The notes under the pieces: model-generated
Databases searched by the model: none
The model's input: the letters and a program-made list of their open reading frames with translations, nothing else
What the model was told of the DNA's origin: nothing
Assembly (NCBI GenBank): GCA_963753695.1
Contig: CAVWDG010000011.1
Span: forward strand, 100,324-164,323
From: an uncultured Actinomycetes bacterium
GTDB lineage: Bacteria > Actinomycetota > Thermoleophilia > UBA2241
Reading direction: 5' to 3'
Length of the DNA stretch: 64,000 nucleotides
In this document: positions 22,911 to 33,196 of the stretch, piece by piece
Layout: each line of letters begins with the position of its first letter
Position numbering within the stretch: position 1 is the first letter of the stretch
Position numbers and translations under genes: made by a program

Positions 22911-24805
22911 TCAGACCGAGGGCGGCGCCCCCACGACGAGTGGCTCGCCCAGCTCCTCGACCGGCAACGCCAGCAGCGGCGTGAAGGGCTCGGCGCCGAT
23001 CGGCACGATCTTCTCTGCAAGGCGACGCCGGCGCACACGCACGACAGCAGGGCGAGCACGACGGCTGCCGCCCAGACGTGCAGATCCGCCATGCGGTACC
23101 AGACGTGGTCGTAGGCGAACACCAGGCCGGGCACGAGCGCCAGCGCCGTGAGCAGGCCGCCGATCACCACGTAGCGCGCGGTGAGCAGCCCGCCGACGAT
23201 CATGACGACGCCCATGGCCACGAGCAGCCGCGGCGCGCTCACCGCGCCGCCGCCGATCCGCCAGGCCAAGCCGAGACGGTAGCCGGCGGCGCCATGCACG
23301 TAGAGGCCCGCGCCGACGGCCGCGATGCCGGCCGCCACGCCCAGCGCGGCCCCGATCAGCCGCCAGGGCCGGGCGCTCGCGCGACGGGACTCGGTCCGAG
23401 TGCCGAACGAGCCGGCGACGCTCGTCACCATGGCGCCCTCGAGAGCGTCGTCGGCCGTGCCCTTGTAGACCTGCTTGAAGACCAGGTAGGCCACGGGACC
23501 GGAGATCACGCCGATGAGACCGCCGACCAGGTAGTCGGCGCCGTTGGTGAACAGCGCGTACACGGCGATGGCGATCGGGAACAACACGTAGACGAAGAGC
23601 AGCCAGGTCGGCAGGGGCACGCGGAACGGACGCGGCAGTTCGGGCTGGCGCCAGCGCAGCACGACGGCCGCGATGAAGATCGGGATGTAGCTGAACATGA
23701 GCAGGAAGACGTCGATCACGATCAGCGTGGTGAAGCTGCCCTTCACGAGGACGGCGTCGACCAGGCCCATGATGAGGATGGCGACCCACGGCGTGCCCCA
23801 CGACTTGTGCACCTTGCCCATGAAGCGCGGGTACAGGCGGTCGCGCGAGAGCTGGTACGAGGGTCGCGAGCCGCTCGCCAGGTAGCCGGCGTAGAGCCCG
23901 AGGTTGCTGGCGATGGCCGAGGCGAAGACCGCCCACAGCAGCACCGCGCCGCCGACGAGCTGGCCCGCCTTGACGAAGTCGACGGCCGCGCCGCCGCCGC
24001 TGGCGTCGGACACGAGGTTCACCCAGTTGCCGCTGCCGGCCGCCCTGACGGCGGCCATGGTGGTGAGGGCGTAGGTGATGATGACGACCGGCACGGCGAT
24101 CATGATGGCCCGCGGAATGAGTCGCTGCGGGTTCTCGACCTCGGCGGCGAGGGTCGACATGGACTCATAGCCCGAGTACATCCACATCATGATGGCCAGG
24201 CCGCCGCTGCTGGCCGCCACGAAGCCCATATGCGGCGGCAGCATCGGTGAGATGGGGTTGCCCGTGCCCTTGGCGAAGCCCCAGATCACGAGCGCCACAA
24301 AGGGCGCCATGACGATGATCTGGATGACGGTGAGCGCCTTGCCAGTCAGGTCGAGGCCGCGGATGTTGATGAAGGTGAAGAACGCCACGAGGCCGATGCC
24401 CAGCACCCAGCGCCAGTCGTCGCTGATGCCCCACTTGCTCTGGATGTAGCCCAGCGCCAGCGTGATGTAGACGGCCGAGTCGACGTACAGCGACAGGGTC
24501 CACCACCAGCCCGTCTGGAAGCTCCAGTACTCGCCCATCGCGCGCCGCACCCAGCGGTAGAAGCCGCCGCCCTCGGGAATGGCCGAGCCGAGCTCCGAGG
24601 CGACCAGCGCCATCGGGATGCTCCACACGAAGGGCAGCAGGCAGATCATGAGGATGGTGAAGCCGGGGCCCGAACCCGACACGACGTCTTCCATGCCGAA
24701 CGATCCCGAGCACACCAGCGTGAAGACGACGATCACCGCCGTGAAGATGCGCATGCGCACGCGGCGCAACGCCGGGTCGGTGAGCAGGCTACGAACGTCG
24801 GACAT
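22911..24805 (-). CDS. APC-superfamily amino acid/polyamine permease with extra C-terminal TM region; probable frameshift near 23025
   Basis: 12-TM APC core (MSDVRSLL...FKQVYKG) then extra hydrophobic helices; the track ORF runs to 22121 without a stop. An alternative frame gives a plausible C-terminus ...LAEKIVPIGAEPFTPLLALPVEELGEPLVVGAPPSV* ending at 22911. Confidence 0.65.
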
Positions 24806-25036
24806 GCGGACCCCCCAGTGCATTTCCGGTCGAGCGTCGGGCGAGTCTCCCCTCGGCTCCCTGCCCGCAGTCTACAAACTGCGCGGCGCGGCGCAAGGGG
24901 GAGGCGCCTGCGAGACGCATGGTGTCGGCGCCGGCGAGGCCCGGCGCCGACCCAGACACGCGCCGGGAGCCGCCCCGGCTAGGCCGTCGATCGACTTCGT
25001 CGTCGCCGCTCAGGCAGGCGTGACTTCGTCGCGCGC

Positions 25037-26666
25037 CTAGTCGCGCAGCCCGGGGGCGAGCTGCCAGAGGTCGATGCCCAGCTTGTCGTTCTCGCGGTAG
25101 TCGATGGGCACCTCGACGATCACCGGGCCGGGGGCGGCGAGCGCCTGGCGCAGCACCGGCATGAGCTCGCCGGCGCGCTCGACGCGAAAGCCCTGCAGGC
25201 CGAAGGACCGGGCGAGCGCCACGAAGTCGGGGTTGCCGAAGCGCGTGCCCGAGACGTGGCCGAACTGCCGGCGCTGGTGCATCTCGATCAGGCCGTAGCT
25301 GCCGTCGGTCCAGACGAGCACGACCAGGGGGTTGCCCAGCCGCTTGGCGGTCTCGAGCTCGCCGACGTTCATGAGAAAGCCGCCGTCGCCGACGATGGCC
25401 ACGACTTTGTGGGCGCCGCGCATGGTGAGCGCGGCGGCGATGGCGGCCGGCAGGCCGAAGCCCATCGCCGCAAAGCCGTTGGAGATGAGAACCGTCTTGG
25501 GCTCGCGAGCCTCCCAGAAACGCGCCACCCAGAGCTTGTGGGCGCCGACGTCGCTCACGAGGATGTCGTCGGTGGCCATGAGGTCGCGCAGGTCGCGCAG
25601 CACGCGCTGGGGCTTGACCGGGGCGTCGTCGTCTTCGCCCACGTCGAGAGCCACCTCGAAGGCGCGGTGATAGGGCGGCACCTCGAGGGCAGTCGGGGGC
25701 TCGGCGGCCAGCAGAAACCCGAGCTGCGCGATGATGTGAGTGAGGTCGCCGACCAGCTCGACCTCGGGCACGTAGTGGGCGTCGATCTCGGGGGTCACCG
25801 TGTCGATGCAGATGATGCGCCGATCGCCGGCCGGGTTCCAGGCCGACGGGCGCCCACTCGACCATGTCGTAGCCCACGCAGATCACGAGGTCGGCGCGCC
25901 CGAAAAAGCCGGCCGGGTAGTTCTGCGCGTTCAGGCCGGCGGTGAACAGGAAGTGCTCGTCGTCGGCGTCGAGCACGCCCTTGCCCATGAAGGTGGTGAT
26001 CACGTGCAGCCCGGTCCTGCGGCAGAGCTCGCGCAGCGCCGGCGCGGCTCCCTGGCGCACGACCCCGTGGCCCACGAGCAGCACGGGCCGGCGCGCCGCG
26101 CGGATCAGATCGGCCGTGAGGCGCAGGGCCGCCTCGTCGGGTTCGCTCACCGGCTGCGGCGTGCGCTGCAGGCAGCGCCCGCCTGTGGCGGGGCTCGCCA
26201 TGACGTCGGCCGGCAGCTCGAGGTGGGTGGCCCCGGGCTTTTCGGCGGTGGCCACCGCGAAGGCCTTGCGCACCGCCTCGGCGACCGTGCGCGGGTCGTG
26301 GACCCGTGCGTTCCACTTGGTCATGGGCTGCATCATCTCGACGATGTCGATGAACTGGTGGGTCTCTTTGTGCATGCCCGACAGGTCGACCTGGCCGGTG
26401 ATCGCTACGACCGGAGCGTGGTCGAGATTGGCGTCGGCGATGCCGGTGGCCAGGTTGGTCGCCCCCGGGCCCAGGGTCGCCAGGCACACGCCGGCCTTGC
26501 CGGTGAGGCGCCCGTACGCCTCGGCCATGAAGGCGGCGCCCTGCTCGTGGCGCGTGGGGATGAAGGTGATCTGCCCGGAGCGGTCGAGCGCCTCGTTTAT
26601 GTCGAGGGTCTCCTCACCCGGTATGCCGAAGACGTACTCGACGCCCTCGTTTTCGAGGCACGACAC
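25037..26666 (-). CDS. thiamine-pyrophosphate enzyme, acetolactate synthase large-subunit-like; frameshift near 25845
   Basis: N-terminal CLENEGVEYVFGIPGEETLDINEAL...GPGATNLATGIADA (TPP N-domain) in ORF 24789..26666; C-terminal TPP-binding domain (GDGGFLMN...) in ORF 25037..25798. Confidence 0.75.
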
Positions 26667-26925
26667 GAACTGGTCGGCCGCGAATCAACGGGCGCCGGCG
26701 AGCCGACGCCTGCGCCTTGGCCGGTGTCGCCTGGGGCATTGCGCCTTTGGGCGCCGCCGCCCGGGGCGCCGCGCTGCCGCGCGCCGCCGCGACCGGGGTG
26801 TCGCCGGGTGTGACGTTCGTCTTCATCTCGTGCCGTGGAGCTCCCGTCTCGGACAGGGCCGTCCTGCCGCGGTGGTCGATGCTCCTAGTCTTACCCGTTT
26901 ACGGCGACCACGCGACGGCCGCCGG

Positions 26926-27956
26926 CTAGCGCCGCCGCGGGATGTTCAGGGCGGGCTCGGAGGCGTAGGCGTCGAGGCCCAGGTAGTCCGGCCAGGGCAC
27001 GGCCTCGAGGTGGCGCGCCGCCAGGCCGACCATGGCGGCGTTGTCGGTGCACAGCGCGACGGGCGGGATGAACGCGGTCAGGCCGCGCCGCTCGCAGGCG
27101 TCGGAGAGGCGGCGGCGCAGCCGCGAGTTCGCGGCCACGCCGCCGCCCACCGCGACCCGGCGCAGCCCCTCGTGCTCGGCGCAGCGCACCGTCTTGTGGA
27201 CGAGCTGATCGACGATGGCCTCCTGGTACGAAGCGGCCACGCCGGCGCGACGGGCCGCGAAGCCGGCCTGCGCCTCGTGCTCGCGCAGGTAGTAGAGCAG
27301 CGCCGTCTTGAGGCCGCTGAAGCTGAAGTCGAAGCCCTGCGGCAGGCTGCGCGGAAAGGTCACCAGCGCCGGGTCGCCGGCGGCGGCCAGCAGATCGAGC
27401 TCGCGGCCGCCGGGGTACGGCAGGCCGAGCAGCCGGGCGCCCTTGTCGAAGGCCTCGCCGGCGGCGTCGTCGAGCGTGCGGCCGACCACGCGAAACTCGA
27501 CGCCGCGCTCGACCACGGCGAGCATGGTGTGACCGCCGCTCGCCGTGAGGCACACGAACGGCGCCTCGACGCCCAGGGCGTAGGCGGCCGCCAGGTGACC
27601 TTGCAGATGGTCGACCGGCATGAGCGGCAGGCGGCGGGCGTAGGCGAGCGCCTTGGCGGCGGCCAGGCCCACGAGCAGCGCGCCGATCAGGCCGGGGCCG
27701 GTGGTCACCGCGACGCCCTCGAGGTCGTCCCAGCCGACGCCGGCTTCGCCCAGGGCGTCGGCCACCGCGCCGACCAGCAGTTCGGTGTGGCGCCGCGACG
27801 CGACCTCGGGCACGACGCCGCCGAAGGGCGCGTGGAACTCGTGCTGCGACGAGACGATCGACGAGCGGATGACGGCGGCGCCGTCGGGGCCGCGGTCTCG
27901 ACGACCGCCGCGCTCGTGTCGTCGCACGAGGTCTCGATGCACAGCAGCAGGCTCAC
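26926..27956 (-). CDS. tsaD: tRNA N6-adenosine threonylcarbamoyltransferase TsaD; frameshift near 27880
   Basis: N-terminus VSLLLCIETSCDDTSAAVVE in one frame, rest (...HEFHAPFGGVVPEVASRRH...) in ORF 26926..27942; GTGA overlap with rimI stop. Confidence 0.8.
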
Positions 27957-28441
27957 GCCGAGTCGCCCTCGCGCTCTTTCCACATGATGAGGGCGTCCTC
28001 GCGGTTGTCGGAGTAGTAGCCGCGGCGCACGCCGGTGGCCACGAAGCCGTAGCTGCGGTAGAGCTCGATGGCCGGCTCGTTGGACACGCGCACCTCGAGC
28101 GTGTGGCCGCGGTGCGGGTCGTCGTCGGTGATCTCGAAGTAGTGTTCGAGCAGGTCGGAGGCGATGTGGTTGCGGCGCTGCGACGCGTTCACCGCCAGGT
28201 TCATGATGTGCCAGACGTCGACGAACATGTCGGCGATGAGGTAGCCGACCAGGCGCCCGCCGACCAGGCAGCCCAGGCACAGCGCCTCGGGCTTGACGAG
28301 CATGCTGGCGAAGACGTTCGGGTGCCACGGCAGGGTGAAGGTGTCGTTCTCGATGGCGACGATCGCCGCGAGGTCGGCCGGCAGCAGCCGCCGGATGACG
28401 GTGGCGCCGGCGGTCGGACGTTCGGGCGGCGAGTCGATCAT
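27953..28441 (-). CDS. rimI: ribosomal-protein-alanine N-acetyltransferase RimI
   Basis: GNAT fold, MIDSPPERP...; 162 aa; ATGA overlap with tsaB stop. Confidence 0.8.
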   Translation of the reverse strand: MIDSPPERPTAGATVIRRLLPADLAAIVAIENDTFTLPWHPNVFASMLVKPEALCLGCLVGGRLVGYLIADMFVDVWHIMNLAVNASQRRNHIASDLLEHYFEITDDDPHRGHTLEVRVSNEPAIELYRSYGFVATGVRRGYYSDNREDALIMWKEREGDSA

Positions 28442-29250
28442 CGGCGCGGCTCCTCGGTCGGCGGCGGAGCGCCGCGGTCGGTGGACGATGGCGCGGCGGC
28501 CCGCGGCGCCGCGGGCGCCTGCTTGCGCGGCACGGCGTCGGGCTCGCGGCCGTAGATGGGCAGCGTGTCGGCGAAGCCCCGCGTGAGCTCCGACGAGCCG
28601 GCCAGGAAGGTGCGGGCGACCATGAGGGCGCTGGGGGCGGCGACGGCGCGCTCGAGCACGACGGCCGGCGGCAGCCGGTCGGCGTGCGGCAGCGCGCCGT
28701 CGCCGCCCACGACCGCGCCCGGAACGTCGCAGAGGAACGCCGACAGCTCGTCGACGCTCACCACGGTGAGCGGCACGAGCAGCTCGAGCTCGGGCCACGG
28801 CGCGAGCCACGGCACAGGCCGCGGCGCCGGCGCCGCGGCGGGCCGCGACGTGCGCCGGTAGACGGCCGCGAAGACCTCGCCGCGGCGGCCGTCGATCAGG
28901 GGCACGACGTGAGCGGCGCTCGCGCCTGCCTCGCCTGCGGCGAGGCCGCGGGCGAGCGCCTCGAGACTGGGCACGCCGGCGATCGGCAGATCGGCGGCCT
29001 GCGCCAGGGCGCGCGCCGCGGCGATGCCGATGCGCAGGCCGGTGAACGTGCCCGGGCCCAGGCCGCAGACGATGGTCTCGACGTCGGCGAGCGTGGTGCC
29101 GGCCGCGGTGAGCGCCTCGTGCACGCACTCAAGCAGGCGCCGCGCCTGGTGCGCGTCGGCGCTGGGTCGCGATCCGCCCAGCGCGGCGCCGTCGGCCGCG
29201 ACGACCGCGGCAGTAGCGACGGCGCTCGAGGTCTCGACCGCGAGGATCAC
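28438..29250 (-). CDS. tsaB: tRNA threonylcarbamoyladenosine biosynthesis protein TsaB
   Basis: VILAVETSSAVATAAVV...GPGTFTGLRIG; GTG start, GTGA overlap with tsaE stop. Confidence 0.8.
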   Translation of the reverse strand: MILAVETSSAVATAAVVAADGAALGGSRPSADAHQARRLLECVHEALTAAGTTLADVETIVCGLGPGTFTGLRIGIAAARALAQAADLPIAGVPSLEALARGLAAGEAGASAAHVVPLIDGRRGEVFAAVYRRTSRPAAAPAPRPVPWLAPWPELELLVPLTVVSVDELSAFLCDVPGAVVGGDGALPHADRLPPAVVLERAVAAPSALMVARTFLAGSSELTRGFADTLPIYGREPDAVPRKQAPAAPRAAAPSSTDRGAPPPTEEPRR

Positions 29251-29843
29251 GTCGCGGTCCCCCGCGTGCAGCCTTCGCGGTCGGGCGCCTCGCCCGCCGA
29301 CGCGCGCGTCGTCGCCCCTCCGCCTGCAGTCGCTTCGTCGGAGACCGACCCACCGGGCGCGAGCAGGACGTCGTCGATGCCGGCCGCCGTCATCTCGGCG
29401 GCGAGCGCCGCTTCGAGGCTGGGGGCGGCGCGCAGCTCGAGGCCGCGACTGTCGGGCGTGCGATGCGTGAGCGCGACGTCGACGTCGGCGGGCGGCAGCT
29501 CCGCCGCGCCCGCCTCGGGCCACTCCACGAACGTCAGCGAGGCGCCGTCGAGGTAGTCCTCCCAGGCGAACAGAGTCGCGTCGGCGCCCGGCCACAGGCG
29601 GTAGAGGTCGAGGTGGTGCAGCCGCAGGGAGCCGGCGCCTTCATAGCTCTGCGCGAGCGTGAACGACGGGCTGGCCACCACGCTCTCGACGCCGAGCGCA
29701 TGCAGGATGTCGCGCACGAGGGTGGTCTTGCCGGTGCCGAGCTCGCCGCGCAACGTGACCAAGGCGGGCGGCGCGAGTCGGGCCGCAAAGAGGCGCGCAA
29801 ACCTGCCGGTCGCCTCCGGCGAAGCAAGCGTGGCCGTGAGCAC
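29247..29843 (-). CDS. tsaE: tRNA threonylcarbamoyladenosine biosynthesis ATPase TsaE
   Basis: LTATLASPEATGRFARLFAARLAPPALVTLRGELGTGKTTLVR Walker A, ...LHHLDLYRL. Confidence 0.75.
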   Translation of the reverse strand: MLTATLASPEATGRFARLFAARLAPPALVTLRGELGTGKTTLVRDILHALGVESVVASPSFTLAQSYEGAGSLRLHHLDLYRLWPGADATLFAWEDYLDGASLTFVEWPEAGAAELPPADVDVALTHRTPDSRGLELRAAPSLEAALAAEMTAAGIDDVLLAPGGSVSDEATAGGGATTRASAGEAPDREGCTRGTAT

Positions 29844-29847
29844 GCCC

Positions 29848-30753
29848 TTAGAAGAGGCCGAGTTGTTCGGCCGGTCCGCTGGTCGCCGGTGGGCGCGGAG
29901 GCGCCGGCGGCTGCGCGGCCGGCGGCTGTGCGGGAGCCTGCGGCGACTGCGCGGGAGTCTGCGGCTGCGCGGGAGCCTGCGGCGGCTGCGCTTGCGGCAG
30001 CGTCGGTGCGGGCGTCGGCGTCTCGGCTGCCGGCGACGTCGCGGTCTCGGGCGCCAGCGTCGGCAGCACGATCGGGCGGCTTGCGGGCGGTTGGACGTGC
30101 AGCGCGACGGGCGCGACGGCGCTGCCATCGGGCGCCGCGTCGCCGTCGAGCGGCAGGCCGAGCACTTCGGGCAGCCGCAGCATGTCCTGCTTGAGAGTCT
30201 CGAGCATGGCCGGCGTGTAGAGGGCGGCAGCCGGATGGAAGATCGGATAGAGGTAGAGATCGCGGCTGCCCACGCGCGTGCGCTGCGGGATGCCGTGCAC
30301 GCGGGTGATGCCGGTCGGGCTGCCCGAGAGCAGCTTGGTGGCGAAGTTGCCCAGCGTGCACACGACGCGCGGCGCGATGATCTCGACCTGGCGCACGAGG
30401 TAGGGCTCGCAGGCGGCGATCTCTTCGGGCTTGGGGTCGCGGTTGTTGGGCGGGCGCGACTTGAGCACGTTGGCGATGTAGACCTGCTCGCGCGACAGGC
30501 CGATGGTCTGCAGGAGCTGTTCGAGGAGCTTGCCGGCCTGGCCCACGAAGGGCCGGCCCTGCTGGTCTTCGTGGTAGCCGGGCGCCTCGCCGACGAACAT
30601 GAGGTCGCTGTGCGGGTCGCCTTCGCCGAACACCACCCGGGTACGCGTGGCCGACAGCAGGCACTTCTCGCAGGCCTCGGCCTCGGCCCGAAGCCGCTCG
30701 AGCGCGGCTACGACCGGGTCGTCAGTGGCAGGTGCCACAGGATGAGCTCCCAC
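29848..30753 (-). CDS. uracil-DNA glycosylase family 4 with C-terminal Pro/Ala/Gln-rich low-complexity tail
   Basis: EACEKCLLSATRTRVVFGEGDPHSDLMFVGEAPG...; tail ...PQAQPPQAPAQPQTPAQSPQAPAQPPAAQPP encoded by near-tandem DNA repeats. Confidence 0.8.
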   Translation of the reverse strand: MGAHPVAPATDDPVVAALERLRAEAEACEKCLLSATRTRVVFGEGDPHSDLMFVGEAPGYHEDQQGRPFVGQAGKLLEQLLQTIGLSREQVYIANVLKSRPPNNRDPKPEEIAACEPYLVRQVEIIAPRVVCTLGNFATKLLSGSPTGITRVHGIPQRTRVGSRDLYLYPIFHPAAALYTPAMLETLKQDMLRLPEVLGLPLDGDAAPDGSAVAPVALHVQPPASRPIVLPTLAPETATSPAAETPTPAPTLPQAQPPQAPAQPQTPAQSPQAPAQPPAAQPPAPPRPPATSGPAEQLGLF

Positions 30754-30937
30754 ACGAACCGCAGTTCTTGCTCCCGCCGCCGCCGAGGTTGGCCGACGTC
30801 GAGTGGACGGCGAAGCTCGAGAGCATGCGGCGGATGTCGTTGGTGGAGCACTCGGGGCACCGCGGCTTGTCGCCGTTGCGCACGAGCTCTTCGAACCGCA
30901 GCTCGCAATGCTCGCAGATGAACTCGTAGATGGGCAT
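30722..30937 (-). CDS. FmdB-family zinc-ribbon protein
   Basis: MPIYEFICEHCELRFEELV...KPRCPECST... CxxC-N-CxxC plus Gly/Ser/Cys tail. Confidence 0.8.
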   Translation of the reverse strand: MPIYEFICEHCELRFEELVRNGDKPRCPECSTNDIRRMLSSFAVHSTSANLGGGGSKNCGSCGSSSCGTCH

Positions 30938-31034
30938 GGCGACAGTGTACCACCGAGCCTCGAAGCGACGGCTTATCGCGGGCGTGGCGCCGGCGTGGCG
31001 GCGGTGTGGCGAGCGGCGGCCGGCGCCGACGCGG

Positions 31035-31997
31035 CTACGCCGCCGCGACCCCGGCTTGCTCGAGCGAGGCGGCGAACTCGCCGCGGCCCCAGGTCGTCAA
31101 CCGCACGTTGGACACCCGCAACCTGCCCCTTCGGTACCCCGAGCTGGCGGCCACATACCCCCATCCTTCGAGCCAGTACAGATGGCGGTACAGGTCGGGC
31201 CAGCTCAAACCCGTCTTGCGCAGGAGATAGATGTCGTCGGCGGTGCCGACGACGAACAGAGTGGCCATGACGTCGCGAAACGCATCGCTGCGCGTCGCGC
31301 CCGAGTCGCTCGCGCTCTCCGGTTGCCATTCGCTTCCGGCGAGCGGCGCGCGCGCTCGGGGCGTGGAGCGCACCAGCCTCACGATGCGTCGCACTCCGAG
31401 AGCGAAGACGACGACGCCGATCGCGACCAACGGCACCGCCATCCACGTGCCAAGCAGGGCGAACAGCGCGGCGAACAGCAGCGACGCCGCAGTGCCGGCC
31501 ACGTACCACCTGCGCGGCCACGCCAAAGCGCCCGCATAGTAGCTGCCTGCCGCGCCGGCGACGACCGCGAACGCGATGTCGTAGGAGCTGGCGTCGCCGG
31601 TGAAGCCGGGAGGCCCGAAGGCGCGCCCGATGCCCACACCCAGCACGATCCAGAGCGCCACGAGCGCGCCCGCCGACGCCAAGCCGACCGCGCTCGACCT
31701 CGACAGCGGTCGCGCCGTCCAGGAGCCCTGCCGCGGTTTGAGCAAGAGCCACTCCACCACCAACAGCGGGGCCCACGAGACCGCCATGAGGCCGGGCCAG
31801 CCGCGGTCCACCCAGTTCGGCGACGCGGTCGGTATCGCAAGATACACAAGCAGCCAGCCGACCACGAGCATGGTCCCGGGGAGGACCAACACGCGCTCCG
31901 GCCTCAGCTGGGCAAAGTCGAGGGTGCGCAACCCTCCGACCCCGTCATCTGGCTCGCTGCCGGCCGCGGCTCCTGTACCGATAGTGGGTTCATCCAT
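31035..31997 (-). CDS. hypothetical membrane protein with C-terminal winged-helix-like region
   Basis: 320-aa ORF with several hydrophobic helices; no confident family assignment. Confidence 0.4.
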   Translation of the reverse strand: MDEPTIGTGAAAGSEPDDGVGGLRTLDFAQLRPERVLVLPGTMLVVGWLLVYLAIPTASPNWVDRGWPGLMAVSWAPLLVVEWLLLKPRQGSWTARPLSRSSAVGLASAGALVALWIVLGVGIGRAFGPPGFTGDASSYDIAFAVVAGAAGSYYAGALAWPRRWYVAGTAASLLFAALFALLGTWMAVPLVAIGVVVFALGVRRIVRLVRSTPRARAPLAGSEWQPESASDSGATRSDAFRDVMATLFVVGTADDIYLLRKTGLSWPDLYRHLYWLEGWGYVAASSGYRRGRLRVSNVRLTTWGRGEFAASLEQAGVAAA

Positions 31998-32114
31998 CGT
32001 CCCATTCCATCAGAGGAAACCGCTGCGTCAAGCGGCCGGCCTCCGTTGGCCGCGGCCGGCCGATCGCGTCCAGCGCGGCCGTTCACGTTTGTCCACGCGG
32101 TCCCTACGGCAGAA

Positions 32115-32157
32115 TTGACCGTGCCGGGCATCTGCCCCTAAGCTTGCACTTGTGCAA
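32115..32157 (+). promoter_or_regulatory. candidate promoter (TTGACC-N18-TAAGCT) with perfect palindrome TTGCACTTGTGCAA at the +1 region
   Basis: Direct reading of sequence; sits in the divergent intergenic region upstream of the DUF2520-panC-yjbQ-hps/rraA operon. Confidence 0.35.
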
Positions 32158-32329
32158 TCGCCCACATGCTCGGGCGGTTTGCGCGACGCCCTCGCTTCGA
32201 GCCCAGGGGCCGGAGACGAGGACGACCGCACGGTGAAAGTGCGCCGGGACGTTAGGCCGGCGTGGTACCGCCCGCCACGGGGGGACTGCAGCCAAGGAGC
32301 CGACGCCTTGCTTCCAGACGAAGCGCTGC

Positions 32330-33196
32330 GTGTATGTGTCGATCGGACCGGGCCGCCTGGGCGCGACGCTCGTCGCGTCGCTCAGGAAGGCCGGCGTCGC
32401 CGTGTCCGCGGTGGTCGCCTCGCCGGCCGTGCCGCTCGACCCCACGGCCGACCCTCCCCGCCTCTCGCTGGCCGACGCCGTCGCGCGCGCCGACGTCGTG
32501 TGGATCACGGTGCCCGACGACGGCATCGAGGCCGTCGCCCACGACGTCGCCGCGGCACTCGCGACACCGCTCGAGCGGCCGGTCGTGGCCATCCACTCGA
32601 GCGGCTTGGGCTCGCTCGACCTGCTCGCCCCGCTGCGCGGCCGCGTGGCCGGCATCCTGTCGCTGCACCCCCTGCAGAGCTTCGCCGTGCCGGGCGACGA
32701 GACCGCGCTGCGCGACGTGCCGATGGCCGTCACCGGCGACACGCCGGCCGACGTCGAGCTCGGCGTCTGGCTCGCCGAGCGCCTGGGCTGCCGCCCCTTT
32801 CCCCTGGCCGACGAGGCCAAGCCGCTCTACCACCTCGCCGCCGCGGCGGCGAGCAACCTCTTCGTGGCCCTGCAGAGCGAAGCCGGCGAGTTGATGGCGG
32901 CGGCGGCGGGCGTGCCGCCCGCCGCCGCCGCCCGCCTGCTGGGACCGCTCGTGGCCACCACCGCCGCCAACGTCGCCGCGCGGGGGCCGTCGCAGGCGCT
33001 GACCGGTCCGGTAGCGCGCGGCGACGTGGGCACAGTGCGCGCCCACCTCGCGCTGCTCGACGAGCAGGCGCCGCGCTTTGCCGACACCTACCGCTCGCTC
33101 TCGCTGCAGGCGCTGCACCTGGCCGCGCCGCGCTTAGACGACGACACCGTGCGCACGCTGCGCGAGCTGCTCGACCGCCCCGAAGGACGCCCGTGA
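32330..33196 (+). CDS. Rossmann-like / DUF2520 domain protein (commonly precedes panC in actinobacteria)
   Basis: MYVSIGPGRLGATLVASL N-terminal dinucleotide-binding motif; 288 aa. Confidence 0.6.
   Translation: MYVSIGPGRLGATLVASLRKAGVAVSAVVASPAVPLDPTADPPRLSLADAVARADVVWITVPDDGIEAVAHDVAAALATPLERPVVAIHSSGLGSLDLLAPLRGRVAGILSLHPLQSFAVPGDETALRDVPMAVTGDTPADVELGVWLAERLGCRPFPLADEAKPLYHLAAAAASNLFVALQSEAGELMAAAAGVPPAAAARLLGPLVATTAANVAARGPSQALTGPVARGDVGTVRAHLALLDEQAPRFADTYRSLSLQALHLAAPRLDDDTVRTLRELLDRPEGRP

Noticed and set aside
22121-24823. 900-aa track ORF as a single permease
   Set aside because: Runs antisense through dtd with no stop; APC core ends around 23300 and a plausible C-terminus appears in another frame ending at 22911
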